Part shown: positions 20,357 to 29,972 of the stretch, one piece after another | How positions within the stretch are numbered: the first letter of the stretch is position 1 | Layout: each line of letters opens with the position of its first letter | Origin: a bacterium | Lineage (GTDB): Bacteria > UBA8248 > JACPRG01 > G963555815 | Reading direction: 5' to 3' | Assembly (NCBI GenBank): GCA_965218795.1 | Contig: OZ244653.1 | Location: 1,120,001 to 1,184,000, forward strand | DNA length: 64,000 nt | Program-made: the position numbers and the translations under genes | The notes under the pieces: model-generated | Told to the model about the DNA's origin: nothing | The model's input: only the letters and a program-made list of their open reading frames with translations | The model's database searches: none

Positions 20357-21274
20357 ATGGCAAAGGTTTTCGCCTTTATCAACTACAAAGGCGGTGTCGC
20401 AAAGACAACATCAGCCTATCATGTTGGGTGCTGGCTGGCTGGAACAAAAGACAAGAATGTCTTGCTGATCGATATCGACCCACAAACGAATCTGACGTTT
20501 TTGTGCGCCTCTATTGAAGACTGGAAAAGGCGCAAGTCCAGGGTCGGCACAATGTATAAGAAATATTTGGACAAAAAATCCATAGATGTCAAAAAATACC
20601 TGTGGAAGACCCCTATTCGTTTAAGGGATGGGCGCCGCCATCCCAGGATTGACTTGGTGCCCTGCGATATAGACCTGATCGGGGAGGATATTGGCGGCGG
20701 TCAAATCGCCGGAGCATATCCGAGCATGGAAATGCTGAAGAAGAACGCAGAGCAGTTTATGCGTGACCGGGAATTTCTCGCTAAAACCATCAATGAAGTC
20801 CGAGACAGGTACGATTACGTTCTCATAGATTGCCCGCCAAACCTTTATTTGATGACGCAGAACGCGCTGGTTGCGAGTGATTACTATATTGTGACTGCTA
20901 TACCGGATCATCTTTCGACTATTGGTTTGAACATTCTGATCAACAAAGTCAAGAAGATCGACGATCTTGTGAAATCTGCGGCTGCTCTGGCCAGTAGAAA
21001 GGCGGGCCGTCACCGTGCTGCAGCATTCGGGGCAGTCCTTTTCGTCCGGGTGCGAATCGGAGGTGCAAGGCAAACGAATGCCCATGCGGGTATAATGAAA
21101 AGTGTTCGGTCGGAACATAGTTGCTTCGAAACGCACACGACTGAATTGATTGGATATACCGAAGCCGCGGAAAACAGCTTGCCGGTGTGGCTGCATGATT
21201 CTGACAATGCCATACGAGCCAGGAAAAAGCAGGAATACCCAAAGATCGTCGATGAACTGTTGGGGAAATTCTGA
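20357..21274 (+). CDS. ParA/Soj family ATPase (orphan)
   Basis: Deviant Walker A 'NYKGGVAKTT', 'IDIDPQTNLT', 'YDYVLIDCPPN', 'ALVASD'; lower GC. Confidence 0.93.
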   Translation: MAKVFAFINYKGGVAKTTSAYHVGCWLAGTKDKNVLLIDIDPQTNLTFLCASIEDWKRRKSRVGTMYKKYLDKKSIDVKKYLWKTPIRLRDGRRHPRIDLVPCDIDLIGEDIGGGQIAGAYPSMEMLKKNAEQFMRDREFLAKTINEVRDRYDYVLIDCPPNLYLMTQNALVASDYYIVTAIPDHLSTIGLNILINKVKKIDDLVKSAAALASRKAGRHRAAAFGAVLFVRVRIGGARQTNAHAGIMKSVRSEHSCFETHTTELIGYTEAAENSLPVWLHDSDNAIRARKKQEYPKIVDELLGKF

Positions 21275-21276
21275 CA

Positions 21277-21948
21277 ATGGGTAATGCCATAAAATCGCCG
21301 GGGAAAAAGCTGGACCGCTTCCTGAACAGTTTATCCGAGTTGGTTGATACCTTGCCATCACAGGAAGCGAAGTCCCGCTTGGATCAAGAACTGAAAGCCT
21401 TGATCCAGTTCCTGCAGGATTTCCGCAAACGGTTGGAGTCGCTTCCCACAGGAGAAGACGCAGACGGCTTCACATCAACGATAGAAACGGTAAAGGACTA
21501 TGTGCGCATCGCTGAGTCAGATCCTGTAATGTCTCGTGTTCTTGGTCTTTCATCGGACAATAGCGCGTTGGGGAAGCCTTCGCGCAACTCCCTTACGGAA
21601 CAGGGCCGTAAGGATGCAAAAGCGGTAGCAAAGGAATTAAAAGAGCTGTCGTCTGAAGATGTCGAGCGTAAATTGGCAGACAAGAAGTACAATATTCCCA
21701 TGCTTAGGCAGATTGGAGGAGAACTGGGGCTCAATATCCCATCCAAGTCAACCCGGCTGTCGATAATCGAAAAAATCACCAAGAAGACGGCCAATCTTCG
21801 GGGGTACAATTACCTTAGGCATGGGCATAATGAGAGTATCAGCGGATGCGTATCCGAAGCAGAGGCGGAATCAGGCAAAAACCGGCAAAAACAGGACGGA
21901 ATTGCGGGATTTTCCACATCGGGGAACAATCTGACGGACGGTTCATGA
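21277..21948 (+). CDS. Hypothetical ParA partner, helical, possible C-terminal HeH/Rho_N-like module
   Basis: Starts 2 nt after parA stop; 'NIPMLRQIGGELGLNIPSKSTRLSIIEKI' pattern. Confidence 0.7.
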   Translation: MGNAIKSPGKKLDRFLNSLSELVDTLPSQEAKSRLDQELKALIQFLQDFRKRLESLPTGEDADGFTSTIETVKDYVRIAESDPVMSRVLGLSSDNSALGKPSRNSLTEQGRKDAKAVAKELKELSSEDVERKLADKKYNIPMLRQIGGELGLNIPSKSTRLSIIEKITKKTANLRGYNYLRHGHNESISGCVSEAEAESGKNRQKQDGIAGFSTSGNNLTDGS

Positions 21949-22002
21949 CAACATGTTCGGAAGACGCCGTTTGGGAGGCAGGGGTTGGTGTCGCGTTCGC
22001 GC

Positions 22003-22047
22003 AAGCCCCAGGCTTTCCGACAGCCGCGCGCGAAGCCCGAAAATGGA
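22003..22047 (-). repeat. 45-bp exact copy of xdh internal segment 19391-19435
   Basis: aagccccaggctttccgacagccgcgcgcgaagcccgaaaatgga at both sites. Confidence 0.9.
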
Positions 22048-22295
22048 AGCAAGCCCTGGTTTCCCGGTGCTCCTGAAATGCCTCTCCGAGCTCCTCTTTT
22101 CGCTCCCATTCCTGCCAGACGGAATTGAAGGCCGCTTCGGCCAGTGGGTCCTTCTTGTGCGGGACTCATGCACTACGAACCTTGGGCGGGATCAGACGCC
22201 ACACCGATCCGGATACGGGTCGCCGCGCGGCCTGACAGATTCGGCTCGGAGGAGGTCTCCGATCATCCGCGGTCCGGTTCGGACCGGCGTTTCCG

Positions 22296-22766
22296 CTAAT
22301 GGTGCGGACTCGCTATCCCCTGCTTCTCGAAATACTTCTGATGATACTCTTCGGCCCTGTAGAAGGTCGATGCGCGCGTGATCTCCGTAACGGTCGGCCT
22401 CCCGAACCTTCCGGACCGATCCTGTCGCTCTTTGGACTCCTTGGCGGCTTCTTCCTGCTCGGGCGAGTGGAAAAATATCGCGGACCGGTACTGTGTGCCG
22501 ACGTCCAGCCCCTGCCGGTTCAGCGTCGTGGGGTCGTGACAGCTCCAGAAAACCTCCAGCAGGTCCCCATAGGATACGACGGCGGGATCGAATTCCACCT
22601 CGAGGACCTCTGCGTGCCCCGTTGTGCCCGAACACACATCGTGATACGTCGGATTCTCCAGCGTTCCGCCGCTGTATCCGACCGCCGTCGCCGACACGCC
22701 CTCGACCTTTCGGAACGCTGCCTCAACGCCCCAGAAACATCCCGCTCCGAACGTTGCCTTTTCCAT
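22296..22766 (-). CDS. msrA: Peptide-methionine (S)-S-oxide reductase
   Basis: 'GCFWG', 'TGHAE', 'HDPT..NRQG.D.G.QYRS', 'AEEYHQ'. Confidence 0.96.
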   Translation of the reverse strand: MEKATFGAGCFWGVEAAFRKVEGVSATAVGYSGGTLENPTYHDVCSGTTGHAEVLEVEFDPAVVSYGDLLEVFWSCHDPTTLNRQGLDVGTQYRSAIFFHSPEQEEAAKESKERQDRSGRFGRPTVTEITRASTFYRAEEYHQKYFEKQGIASPHH

Positions 22767-22842
22767 CGTTCCCTTTCCCCCTTCCGATGTCTGTCGAGCC
22801 GCCCGTCCCCGACGGTCCAATGCCTCTCCCCGGTCTCAGGCC

Positions 22843-23250
22843 CTATCTTGGCGGCAAGACCGCGATGGCTTCAATCTCCACGCTCAGGTCCGGAGGGATC
22901 AGCCTTTTGACGGCGAATGCGGAGCTCGCCGGCGGACGTTCCGGGAAATACGCCGCACGGACCGCATTCATCTCTTCGTAATCATCCGGGTCGGTCAGGA
23001 ACACGGTGACCTTCACCACATTCTCGAGCGAGCCGCCGGCCGCCTCCAGGACGGACTTGATATTCTCGAAGGCCTGGCGGGTCTGAGCGGTGACGCTGCC
23101 GTCCCCCGCCACGTTCCCGTCCGCGTCCCATCCGACGGTGCCGGATACGAACACCAGGTCTCCCGCCGGCGCCCTGATCCCCAGAGAATAGGGCCCAATC
23201 GCCGCCGGCGCCCTGTCCGTCGAGATCACCTCTTTCCACACGGAGACCAC
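22843..23250 (-). CDS. Rid/YjgF family protein (lacks catalytic Arg: PASS)
   Basis: 'APAAIGPYS', 'QTRQAFENI', 'VVKVTVFL', 'VEIEAIA'. Confidence 0.9.
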   Translation of the reverse strand: MVSVWKEVISTDRAPAAIGPYSLGIRAPAGDLVFVSGTVGWDADGNVAGDGSVTAQTRQAFENIKSVLEAAGGSLENVVKVTVFLTDPDDYEEMNAVRAAYFPERPPASSAFAVKRLIPPDLSVEIEAIAVLPPR

Positions 23251-23295
23251 CCCTTCCCGATTGTCCCGGTTCAGTTCCGCGGCGAACCGGAGGAT

Positions 23296-24141
23296 TCACC
23301 CTTCATGCCTGGCCAGAAACCGATACAGCATCCGGACGCTGACCTTTTCGACCTCGTCGTGCACATCCTTGTAATTCTCGTCCAGGACGCACACGTCCTG
23401 ATACTTGACGGACTCCACGGCTTCGTCCTCCGTCATTCCCTCTTCGATCGCGGTCTCGATTCTTGAGAGAACCTCCCGCGTCTGCTCCTCCATCCTGTCG
23501 ATCGCCTCTTTTCCGCAACACGGGCCATGGCCCGGCACGATCCATTCGGCGTCAAGGCCCTTCAGCCGGTCGAGCGAATCGAGGCAGTCGCGCGGATTGG
23601 CGTCTTGCCACCAGATCAGATGATCGACGAACAGATTGTCCGACGCAAAGAGGACGCCTCTCTGAGGGACGAAAACCGCGATCTCGCCGGTGGTGTGGCC
23701 CGGCGTGAACAGGAGCTGAAATTCCAACCCGCCGACGTACAGCGTCGCGTCGCGGGAAAAGGTGATTTCCGGCTCCCGGGGCTTGTAGTCTCCGGCGATG
23801 GAAACCCCCTCCGGATCCGCTTTGGCGATCCACGGTCCCACCCCATCGATTCCAAACCCCCACAAAGGGGATTTCCGGTAAAAGCCGCTGAGCGTCTCGT
23901 CGTGGGCGATAATGGTTCCCTCAAAATAGGGGTTCCCCATCACGTGGTCCCAGTGCCGCTCCGTATTGATGATCCACCGGACCTCGCCGTGTCCGGCAAT
24001 GGCCTCCTTCCACGGATTCCAACTCGTCGGTTTCTGGGGCGTATCGATCATCACCACCCCATCGTCCGTCACGACGAATCCGGGATTGCACCCGAAGATG
24101 TTCGTTTCGGCATATACGCCTTTCGCCACCTCTTCCATCAT
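23296..24141 (-). CDS. MBL-fold metallo-hydrolase (cyclase-like)
   Basis: 'INTERHWDHVMGN', 'PGHT', 'ASD', 'VPGHG'. Confidence 0.9.
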   Translation of the reverse strand: MMEEVAKGVYAETNIFGCNPGFVVTDDGVVMIDTPQKPTSWNPWKEAIAGHGEVRWIINTERHWDHVMGNPYFEGTIIAHDETLSGFYRKSPLWGFGIDGVGPWIAKADPEGVSIAGDYKPREPEITFSRDATLYVGGLEFQLLFTPGHTTGEIAVFVPQRGVLFASDNLFVDHLIWWQDANPRDCLDSLDRLKGLDAEWIVPGHGPCCGKEAIDRMEEQTREVLSRIETAIEEGMTEDEAVESVKYQDVCVLDENYKDVHDEVEKVSVRMLYRFLARHEG

Positions 24142-24198
24142 TTCCCCTGTTCGGCTGAGTCGGTGAGGTTCCCCTCTCGCCGCCGCCCTTGTGCTGTT

Positions 24199-25464
24199 TC
24201 AGCCGCTTCCCGCAAGGGCGATGGCCTCGGTCATGATCGCGCAGTCCGGGACGACCAGTCCACCCGTCCCCGCCGTCGTGCTGGCCGGCGGATTCTTCGC
24301 GTAATAGGCTTTCCGCGCCACCAGCGCCTCCGAAAGATCCCCCAGATCCGTGTGGAAGGTCCAGGTCTTGACGATTCGGTCGATTCCGCTGCCGGCGGCC
24401 TCCAGAAGTTTCTGGAGATAATCCAGACAACAGGACATCTGGGCCTCTCCCCGCGACCTGTAATTCGGGAAGTTGGGATCGATCCGGGCCTCGGGCGAAA
24501 CGCCGGTCCGGTAATCCGTCGGCAGGATCTCGCTGGTGAAAATCCAATCCCCCGCCCTCAGAGCCTGCGGCTGGTGGGTGGACGGCTCCGGGATGGCGTT
24601 CGTTTCAACCGCCTCCACCTCCAGTTCCGAATCTCCGGCCAGGGCGATGACGTCCACTTCGATCAACATTCCCGGATTGACGAGGCCGCCCTGATAGGTC
24701 GACCGCGCGGGCGGTTTTGTGGGGAAGCAGGTCTTCCAAACACGATCGTAGCCGTAGAAATTATCGATATCCGTCAGGGTGACCTGGGCCTTGACGATCC
24801 GGTCCAGACCGCTGCCGGCCTCTCCGAGAATCGTGGCGATGGTGTCCAGAACGAACTCGGTCTGCTTCTCGATGGAGGACTCGAACAGCGGAAATGCGTC
24901 ATCGGTCCTGGCTTCCGGGGCCACGCCCGTCGTGAAGTCGCTGGCCAGCACGCCCGCCAAAAACCAGAAATCCCCCGCCCGCACGGCCTGGGAATACGGC
25001 GCCAGCGGCCTGGGGGCCTTGTCCGTATTGAAGTACTCAGGCTCCACCGTTTGGTCGACTCCGATCAAATCGATCACCATCCTGCATCCGGGTATGGGAG
25101 GCAACGCCTCAATCGCGGTGCTCGCCGGAGGGGGGCCCGTCATCCGCTCTCGCCGGACGGCCAGGTGCCCGGGGAAATCCTCCATGGTTTCGTTGAACGA
25201 CAGAATCTTGACCACCCGCTCCAGGGACGACCCCGCTTCCTCCAGGATGGTGGAGACGGTGTTGTAGATGTACTCGGTCTGAAGACGAATGGGGGTAAAG
25301 AGCGTTGGGAAATCCGGGTTGCCCCGGGCGTCCGCCGCAACCGTCCGCTCAAAATCGCTTGCCACGGAACCCGACAAGAATACAAGCCCCCCCGCCTTGA
25401 TCGCCTGGGCGTACGGCGCGGCCGGCAGCGGCACTTTGTCAGTCAGGATAGTCTCTTTTTTCAT
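24199..25464 (-). CDS. Triple-domain Rid/YjgF (RidA-like) fusion protein
   Basis: Three ~140-aa repeats: PYAQA/PYSQA/QPQA ... AGS.L..(I/V)VK ... PAST/PARS/PAST. Confidence 0.9.
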   Translation of the reverse strand: MKKETILTDKVPLPAAPYAQAIKAGGLVFLSGSVASDFERTVAADARGNPDFPTLFTPIRLQTEYIYNTVSTILEEAGSSLERVVKILSFNETMEDFPGHLAVRRERMTGPPPASTAIEALPPIPGCRMVIDLIGVDQTVEPEYFNTDKAPRPLAPYSQAVRAGDFWFLAGVLASDFTTGVAPEARTDDAFPLFESSIEKQTEFVLDTIATILGEAGSGLDRIVKAQVTLTDIDNFYGYDRVWKTCFPTKPPARSTYQGGLVNPGMLIEVDVIALAGDSELEVEAVETNAIPEPSTHQPQALRAGDWIFTSEILPTDYRTGVSPEARIDPNFPNYRSRGEAQMSCCLDYLQKLLEAAGSGIDRIVKTWTFHTDLGDLSEALVARKAYYAKNPPASTTAGTGGLVVPDCAIMTEAIALAGSG

Positions 25465-25643
25465 TCAGGAGCCCTCTGTCTGGAGAGAGAATTCACGGGG
25501 CAGGCGCGGCCTGCTCCGAATTCGTCGGGCAGGGGCTCGAAATGATTCTCGATGCCTTCAGGGCGCCCGGCTCCAGCGCGCAGCGGACGCCGCGAAAGGG
25601 CATGGACTCGCCGCCTCTCAAAAAAGCCTCCCTGACATTTTTC

Positions 25644-26081
25644 TCACGCCTCGTCATCGAGCACCGCGATGGCCCGCACCTCGATCTTGCATCTCGGATC
25701 GGTCGCCAGGCAAGTGACGCCCACCGTGGTCGAAGACGGAGAGTGGTTGGGAAAAAATTCCTTCTGGGCGGCGTTGGCCAGATCCTGCTCATCCATCCTC
25801 ACGATAAAACGGCTCACGTCCACGATATCGTCCATGGTTCCGCCCGCGCCCTCAACGGTCTTCTTGATATTTTCGAAAACGATCCGGGTCTGCTCTCCCA
25901 TATCCTCGGGGATCGAATCAAATTCCTCCGGAATGTGGGGATGCGAGTGATAGACCGGCGCGGCCGTGCAACCGGCGATGAACAGAATTTTTCCTTTGTT
26001 GACCTTCAGCCCCGGGGCATAGGGCATCCATACGTCCTTTGGGGCGCCTTGATGGTGGATGACTTCGACATCCCTGGCCAT
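25644..26081 (-). CDS. Rid/YjgF family protein (lacks catalytic Arg: PSST)
   Basis: 'MPYAPG', 'QTRIVFENI', 'PSSTTVGVTCL', 'IEVRAIA'. Confidence 0.88.
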   Translation of the reverse strand: MARDVEVIHHQGAPKDVWMPYAPGLKVNKGKILFIAGCTAAPVYHSHPHIPEEFDSIPEDMGEQTRIVFENIKKTVEGAGGTMDDIVDVSRFIVRMDEQDLANAAQKEFFPNHSPSSTTVGVTCLATDPRCKIEVRAIAVLDDEA

Positions 26082-26665
26082 GAATGAAAGCCTTCTCGGA
26101 TCAGGGTGGAAACATTCGCGCCCGGCGATCTCTTCTTGCCCGGTGCGACCCAACCGATTGAGCCTGTTCGGAAATGAGACTGGATACAGGTCATTATAAA
26201 CATGAAGTCAAGGATTCCGCGAAGCGCCTCCGGGGTGAGTCATCAAAAAAATTGGGAACGAATACGGACGTGCGCCGGGCGACGGCCGGCCTGAACGGCT
26301 TTTTTCGTTTGCGCGCCGAACGCATCGCTGATGCCTTGAGCGAGTCCTGTCCGGTCCTTTCCGAACTGCGTTTTCCGTTTTGTAACAGAATGTTGAGCCG
26401 GATTTGGCCTGACGCCCGGCTCTCCCGCGCGGGCCGACCTGCACGCCCTGCCGCGTGGCTTCGTGAATATTCGACCCGCACACCGGCCGGGGCCGAACCG
26501 TCCGGGCGGGGGACCGAGGCGCACCCTGAGGCCTCGACCAACGCTGCGGACCGCGGAATGTCCAGCCGTTTCCAGGCCAAAGGACCGCATCGTTCAGGCC
26601 GGCGATATTGTGCGCGTCCGCTTTCCTGTATGATGCTTGCCCCTGGGGTTCCAGGCAGGGCCTAT

Positions 26666-26689
26666 GGATTCCCGCGGAAGCGGGAATCC
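26666..26689. repeat. ATTCCC-N8-GGGAAT palindrome
   Basis: ggattcccgcggaagcgggaatcc in the intergenic region. Confidence 0.75.
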
Positions 26690-26873
26690 ATCTTGAGGGA
26701 GAAATTGACTTACGCGACGCCTGACGATCTCGAGGCGAGTACGGGTCCACAGGAATCTCTGGAGAATGATACCCCTGGCTCGTCAAGCGTATCATTCCCA
26801 TAATTTACCTCGCGTCCCGGGATAGGAAAATCAAACGTATATCGGAGAAAAGCCGCTCCGGTGGAGGTTGTCG

Positions 26874-27749
26874 ATGTCCAGAAAATCCTTTCGGTTCGTC
26901 AACGAAGATACCGTGTTCACCCTGCCCTGGGAGGTCGGCATCCTCGAAGGATTGTTCGAGCGGGCCGGGATCGAAGTAGAAGTCGCCGAGAAAAATCCCT
27001 CCAACACGGCCCCCGAGCTGTTCGGGCGGAACAAGGAAGTTCTGTTCGAATCGAAAGGGCTTGACGCTTACAACGTCTGCGAGTGGGGCGCCATCAAGAG
27101 GACGGCCGTCCAGGACCAGCGGCCTTCCCGGATCCTCAACCTTCGCGAATCCATCACGGTCATGGGATTGATTGCCGGGAAAGATACGGGCATCACCCAT
27201 CCCGATGACCTCGCGGGAGTCCCCGTCGCCGTCCAAATGCACACAGGCTCGCATTACATGGCAATCAAACAGCTCGAGGGGTTCCTGAAAAAAGAGGACG
27301 TTCAGGTCGTCCAGACGGGAGGCCCGGCCATGCGGCTTCGGGCCCTTCTGGAAGGAAAAGTCCGGGCGGCGGCCGTGATGGAGCCTTTCCTGAGCTTCGC
27401 CGAGATGGAGGGTCACAGCCTGGTCTCGATGGCGTACTACAACGGCATGGTGGTGGCCGGAGACAACCATGACGCGGACACCATGGAAAAAATTCAGGGT
27501 GTCCTCCGGCGCGCCGTTGATTTGATCAACGAGGACAAAAGCAAGTACGCCCGCCTCCTCCTCGATGATCTGCCCGAAGACCTGCGTCCCAGGATGGGCC
27601 TGGAGGACCTCCACGTCGAGCGCCTTCGCTATGCCTACCCGCGCCCCTATCCGATGGACCGTTACGAAAAGCAGGCCCGATGGATGCAGGAATGGGGGCT
27701 CTTGGAGGAGGGGAGCAAGCCCGAAAAGGTGCTCAGCGCAAGCAGTTGA
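26874..27749 (+). CDS. SsuA/NMT1-type substrate-binding domain protein (no obvious signal peptide)
   Basis: 'GLFERAGIEVE', 'DDLAGVPVAV..HTGSHY', 'RLRALLEGKVRAA..EPF'. Confidence 0.8.
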   Translation: MSRKSFRFVNEDTVFTLPWEVGILEGLFERAGIEVEVAEKNPSNTAPELFGRNKEVLFESKGLDAYNVCEWGAIKRTAVQDQRPSRILNLRESITVMGLIAGKDTGITHPDDLAGVPVAVQMHTGSHYMAIKQLEGFLKKEDVQVVQTGGPAMRLRALLEGKVRAAAVMEPFLSFAEMEGHSLVSMAYYNGMVVAGDNHDADTMEKIQGVLRRAVDLINEDKSKYARLLLDDLPEDLRPRMGLEDLHVERLRYAYPRPYPMDRYEKQARWMQEWGLLEEGSKPEKVLSASS

Positions 27750-27835
27750 ACACGTTACGGCGGGGGAAAGCTCACCTTCCCCCGTTTTTGCATCCGGCGT
27801 CCGGACCGACATTCGAAACCCGAGGAGCGAACCCG

Positions 27836-28696
27836 ATGATCACTGCGGAAGCAAAGGAAGCGATGGCCGGCCTGATCCAAAGCGGGGAGACGTTTGATTT
27901 CGTGGACATGACCCAGCGGTGGCACAACCGCGTTCCGACCTGGCCCTACTTCCCATCCTCGGAAATCCGTAACTTCCACAGCCATCATAAAGACGGCCTG
28001 TGCAGTCTCATCATCGAGACCAACATGCACTCGGGGACGCATATCGACGCGCCCCTTCACTTCAACGCCGGCGGATGGGATTTGGCGGATATGCCTTTGG
28101 AGCGATGCCAAGGGTCCGCCCTGGTCGTGGATCTGAGCCACGAGGTCGAAGAGTGGACCTACGTCAACCGCGAGATGATTGAGCGAAACATCCCCGACGG
28201 TGAAGAATTGCGGGAGGACGATATCCTCATCATTTACTTCAATTGGAAGCGTTTCAACTGGGAGGGGCCCGAGCACAATGAGCAGACGTTTTTCTGCAAG
28301 CACCCGGGTCCGGATCCCAGTGTGACCGATTGGCTTATCGAGAAGCGGGTCAAGTGGGTCGCCAGCGACGCCCCCGCATTCGAGCATCCCTGGAACTTGA
28401 TGATCAAGAACTACCGCCCCGACCTGGTTCGGGAATGGGAGCAAAGGACCGGGCTGAAGGTCGATGACGTACACCTCGAGGATCATTACCTGCACTGTCA
28501 CCGACGGATGATGAATGAAAACCTGATGCATGTCGATAACGTCGGCGGCGACGTGGACAAGGTCGTCGGAAAACGGATTTACGCGATGGCCCTTCCCTGG
28601 CGGTTCGTGGGCGGAGAGGCATGCATCTGCCGGCTGGTCGGGATCGACGCCAGTCAGGAATCCTCGGGATCTCTCGACCGGAGACGAAACGGATGA
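27836..28696 (+). CDS. Cyclase family (kynurenine formamidase-like) metal hydrolase
   Basis: 'HSGTHIDAPLH', 'HPG', 'GGEACICR'. Confidence 0.92.
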   Translation: MITAEAKEAMAGLIQSGETFDFVDMTQRWHNRVPTWPYFPSSEIRNFHSHHKDGLCSLIIETNMHSGTHIDAPLHFNAGGWDLADMPLERCQGSALVVDLSHEVEEWTYVNREMIERNIPDGEELREDDILIIYFNWKRFNWEGPEHNEQTFFCKHPGPDPSVTDWLIEKRVKWVASDAPAFEHPWNLMIKNYRPDLVREWEQRTGLKVDDVHLEDHYLHCHRRMMNENLMHVDNVGGDVDKVVGKRIYAMALPWRFVGGEACICRLVGIDASQESSGSLDRRRNG

Positions 28697-29769
28697 CCGC
28701 TGAGACCATTCCCCAATCCATGGAAGCCGTCCGTCTCCATGGGGTAGAAGATTTCCGCGTGGAGCAAATTCCCACGCCCCGGCCCGGCTTTCGCGAAGTC
28801 CTCTGCCGGGTGGAGGCGGTGACCATCTGCGGCACCGACATCGCCATCATCAAGGGCCACCACCAGCAGTGGGCCAAACACCTTCCGATGACCCTCGGCC
28901 ATGAATGGGCGGGACGCGTCGTCGCTCTGGGCGAAGGGGCGGAAGGCTTCGGGGTTGAACCGGGCGACCACGTGTGCGGAACTTCCCACAGCGGTTGCGG
29001 GTATTGCCGGATGTGCCTCATCGGTCGGTACAACCTCTGCGTGAACTATGGTCATTCCGAACTGGGCCACCGCCAGTACGGTCACGTCACAGACGGATCC
29101 TACGCCGAGTTCATGGTCAATACCCTGAAGAGCATCCACAAGATTCCCGACGACATGCCCTTCGAAGTCGCCGCCAACGTCGATCCCGCCGCCATCGGGC
29201 TCCATTCCGTCAAGCGGACCGGCATCCATCCGGGCGAAACCGTCGTTGTGCTGGGGCCCGGGCCGGTGGGATTCTTCGCGTTCCAGTGCGCCTTCGCGCT
29301 GGGGGCGGGCCGCGTGATCATGGTCGGCTCGGGCGACCGCCTCGCCAAGGCCGGGGAGCTCGGCGCGGAAACGGTTAATTACCGGGAAACCGACCCGGTT
29401 GAGGCCGTCCGTGAGATGACGGACGGATGGGGGGCGGAGGTCGTCGTGGACTGCGCGGCCACGAAGGATTCACTCGTGCAGGCCATCGATATGACGTGCA
29501 AGGGCGGCCGCGTCGCTTATACCGGCATCCCCCATGAATCGCCGATCATCAATTACCGCAAGCTGATTCTGGAAGAAGTCGACATCTATGGGGTCCGGGC
29601 GAATCCCAACGCCGCCGTCGAGACCATTCCCCTCTTCGAGAGGGGCGCGATTCGGGCCGAACCCCTGATCACGCACCGATTCCCGCTGAAGGAATACCAG
29701 GAGGCCTACGACACGTTCGTCGAGCGAAGGGACGGGGCCATCCTCGTCAGCCTCCGCCCCGGGGCGTAA
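28693..29769 (+). CDS. Zn-dependent alcohol dehydrogenase (MDR)
   Basis: 'CGTD', 'GHEWAG', CxxCxxC..C, 'GPGPVG'; ATGA overlap. Confidence 0.95.
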   Translation: MTAETIPQSMEAVRLHGVEDFRVEQIPTPRPGFREVLCRVEAVTICGTDIAIIKGHHQQWAKHLPMTLGHEWAGRVVALGEGAEGFGVEPGDHVCGTSHSGCGYCRMCLIGRYNLCVNYGHSELGHRQYGHVTDGSYAEFMVNTLKSIHKIPDDMPFEVAANVDPAAIGLHSVKRTGIHPGETVVVLGPGPVGFFAFQCAFALGAGRVIMVGSGDRLAKAGELGAETVNYRETDPVEAVREMTDGWGAEVVVDCAATKDSLVQAIDMTCKGGRVAYTGIPHESPIINYRKLILEEVDIYGVRANPNAAVETIPLFERGAIRAEPLITHRFPLKEYQEAYDTFVERRDGAILVSLRPGA

Positions 29770-29789
29770 TCGAGCCAACGCCCGGTAAT

Positions 29790-29969
29790 GTCGAAGTCAC
29801 CCTCCTGTTGGCCGGGTTGGGATCGATCATCGTGAATGCGCAGACGGACATGGAAAACGACACGATGTTCGTCCCCATCATCGTGCTCATGGCCCTGGGG
29901 ATTCTTCTCAGCGAGGAACTCAAGCGGTTTGAGAATCGGGTGGCTCCCTGGAAGTCGCGCGAGGATTAA
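29790..29969 (+). pseudogene. C-terminal remnant of SsuC/TauC-type ABC permease
   Basis: Translates 'VEVTLLLAGLGSIIVNAQTDMENDTMFVPIIVLMALGILLSEELKRFENRVAPWKSRED*' with no upstream gene body. Confidence 0.75.
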
Positions 29970-29972
29970 TTT

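Noticed and set aside
22296-22330. MsrA C-terminus 'ASPHH' lacking a terminal resolving Cys
   Set aside because: Other Cys residues are present and resolving-Cys position varies across MsrAs; not enough to claim novelty
26082-26873. ORFs or a riboswitch in the 790-bp divergent intergenic region
   Set aside because: ORFs are R/P/A-rich with no motifs; I could not match any riboswitch consensus by eye (an Rfam scan would settle it)
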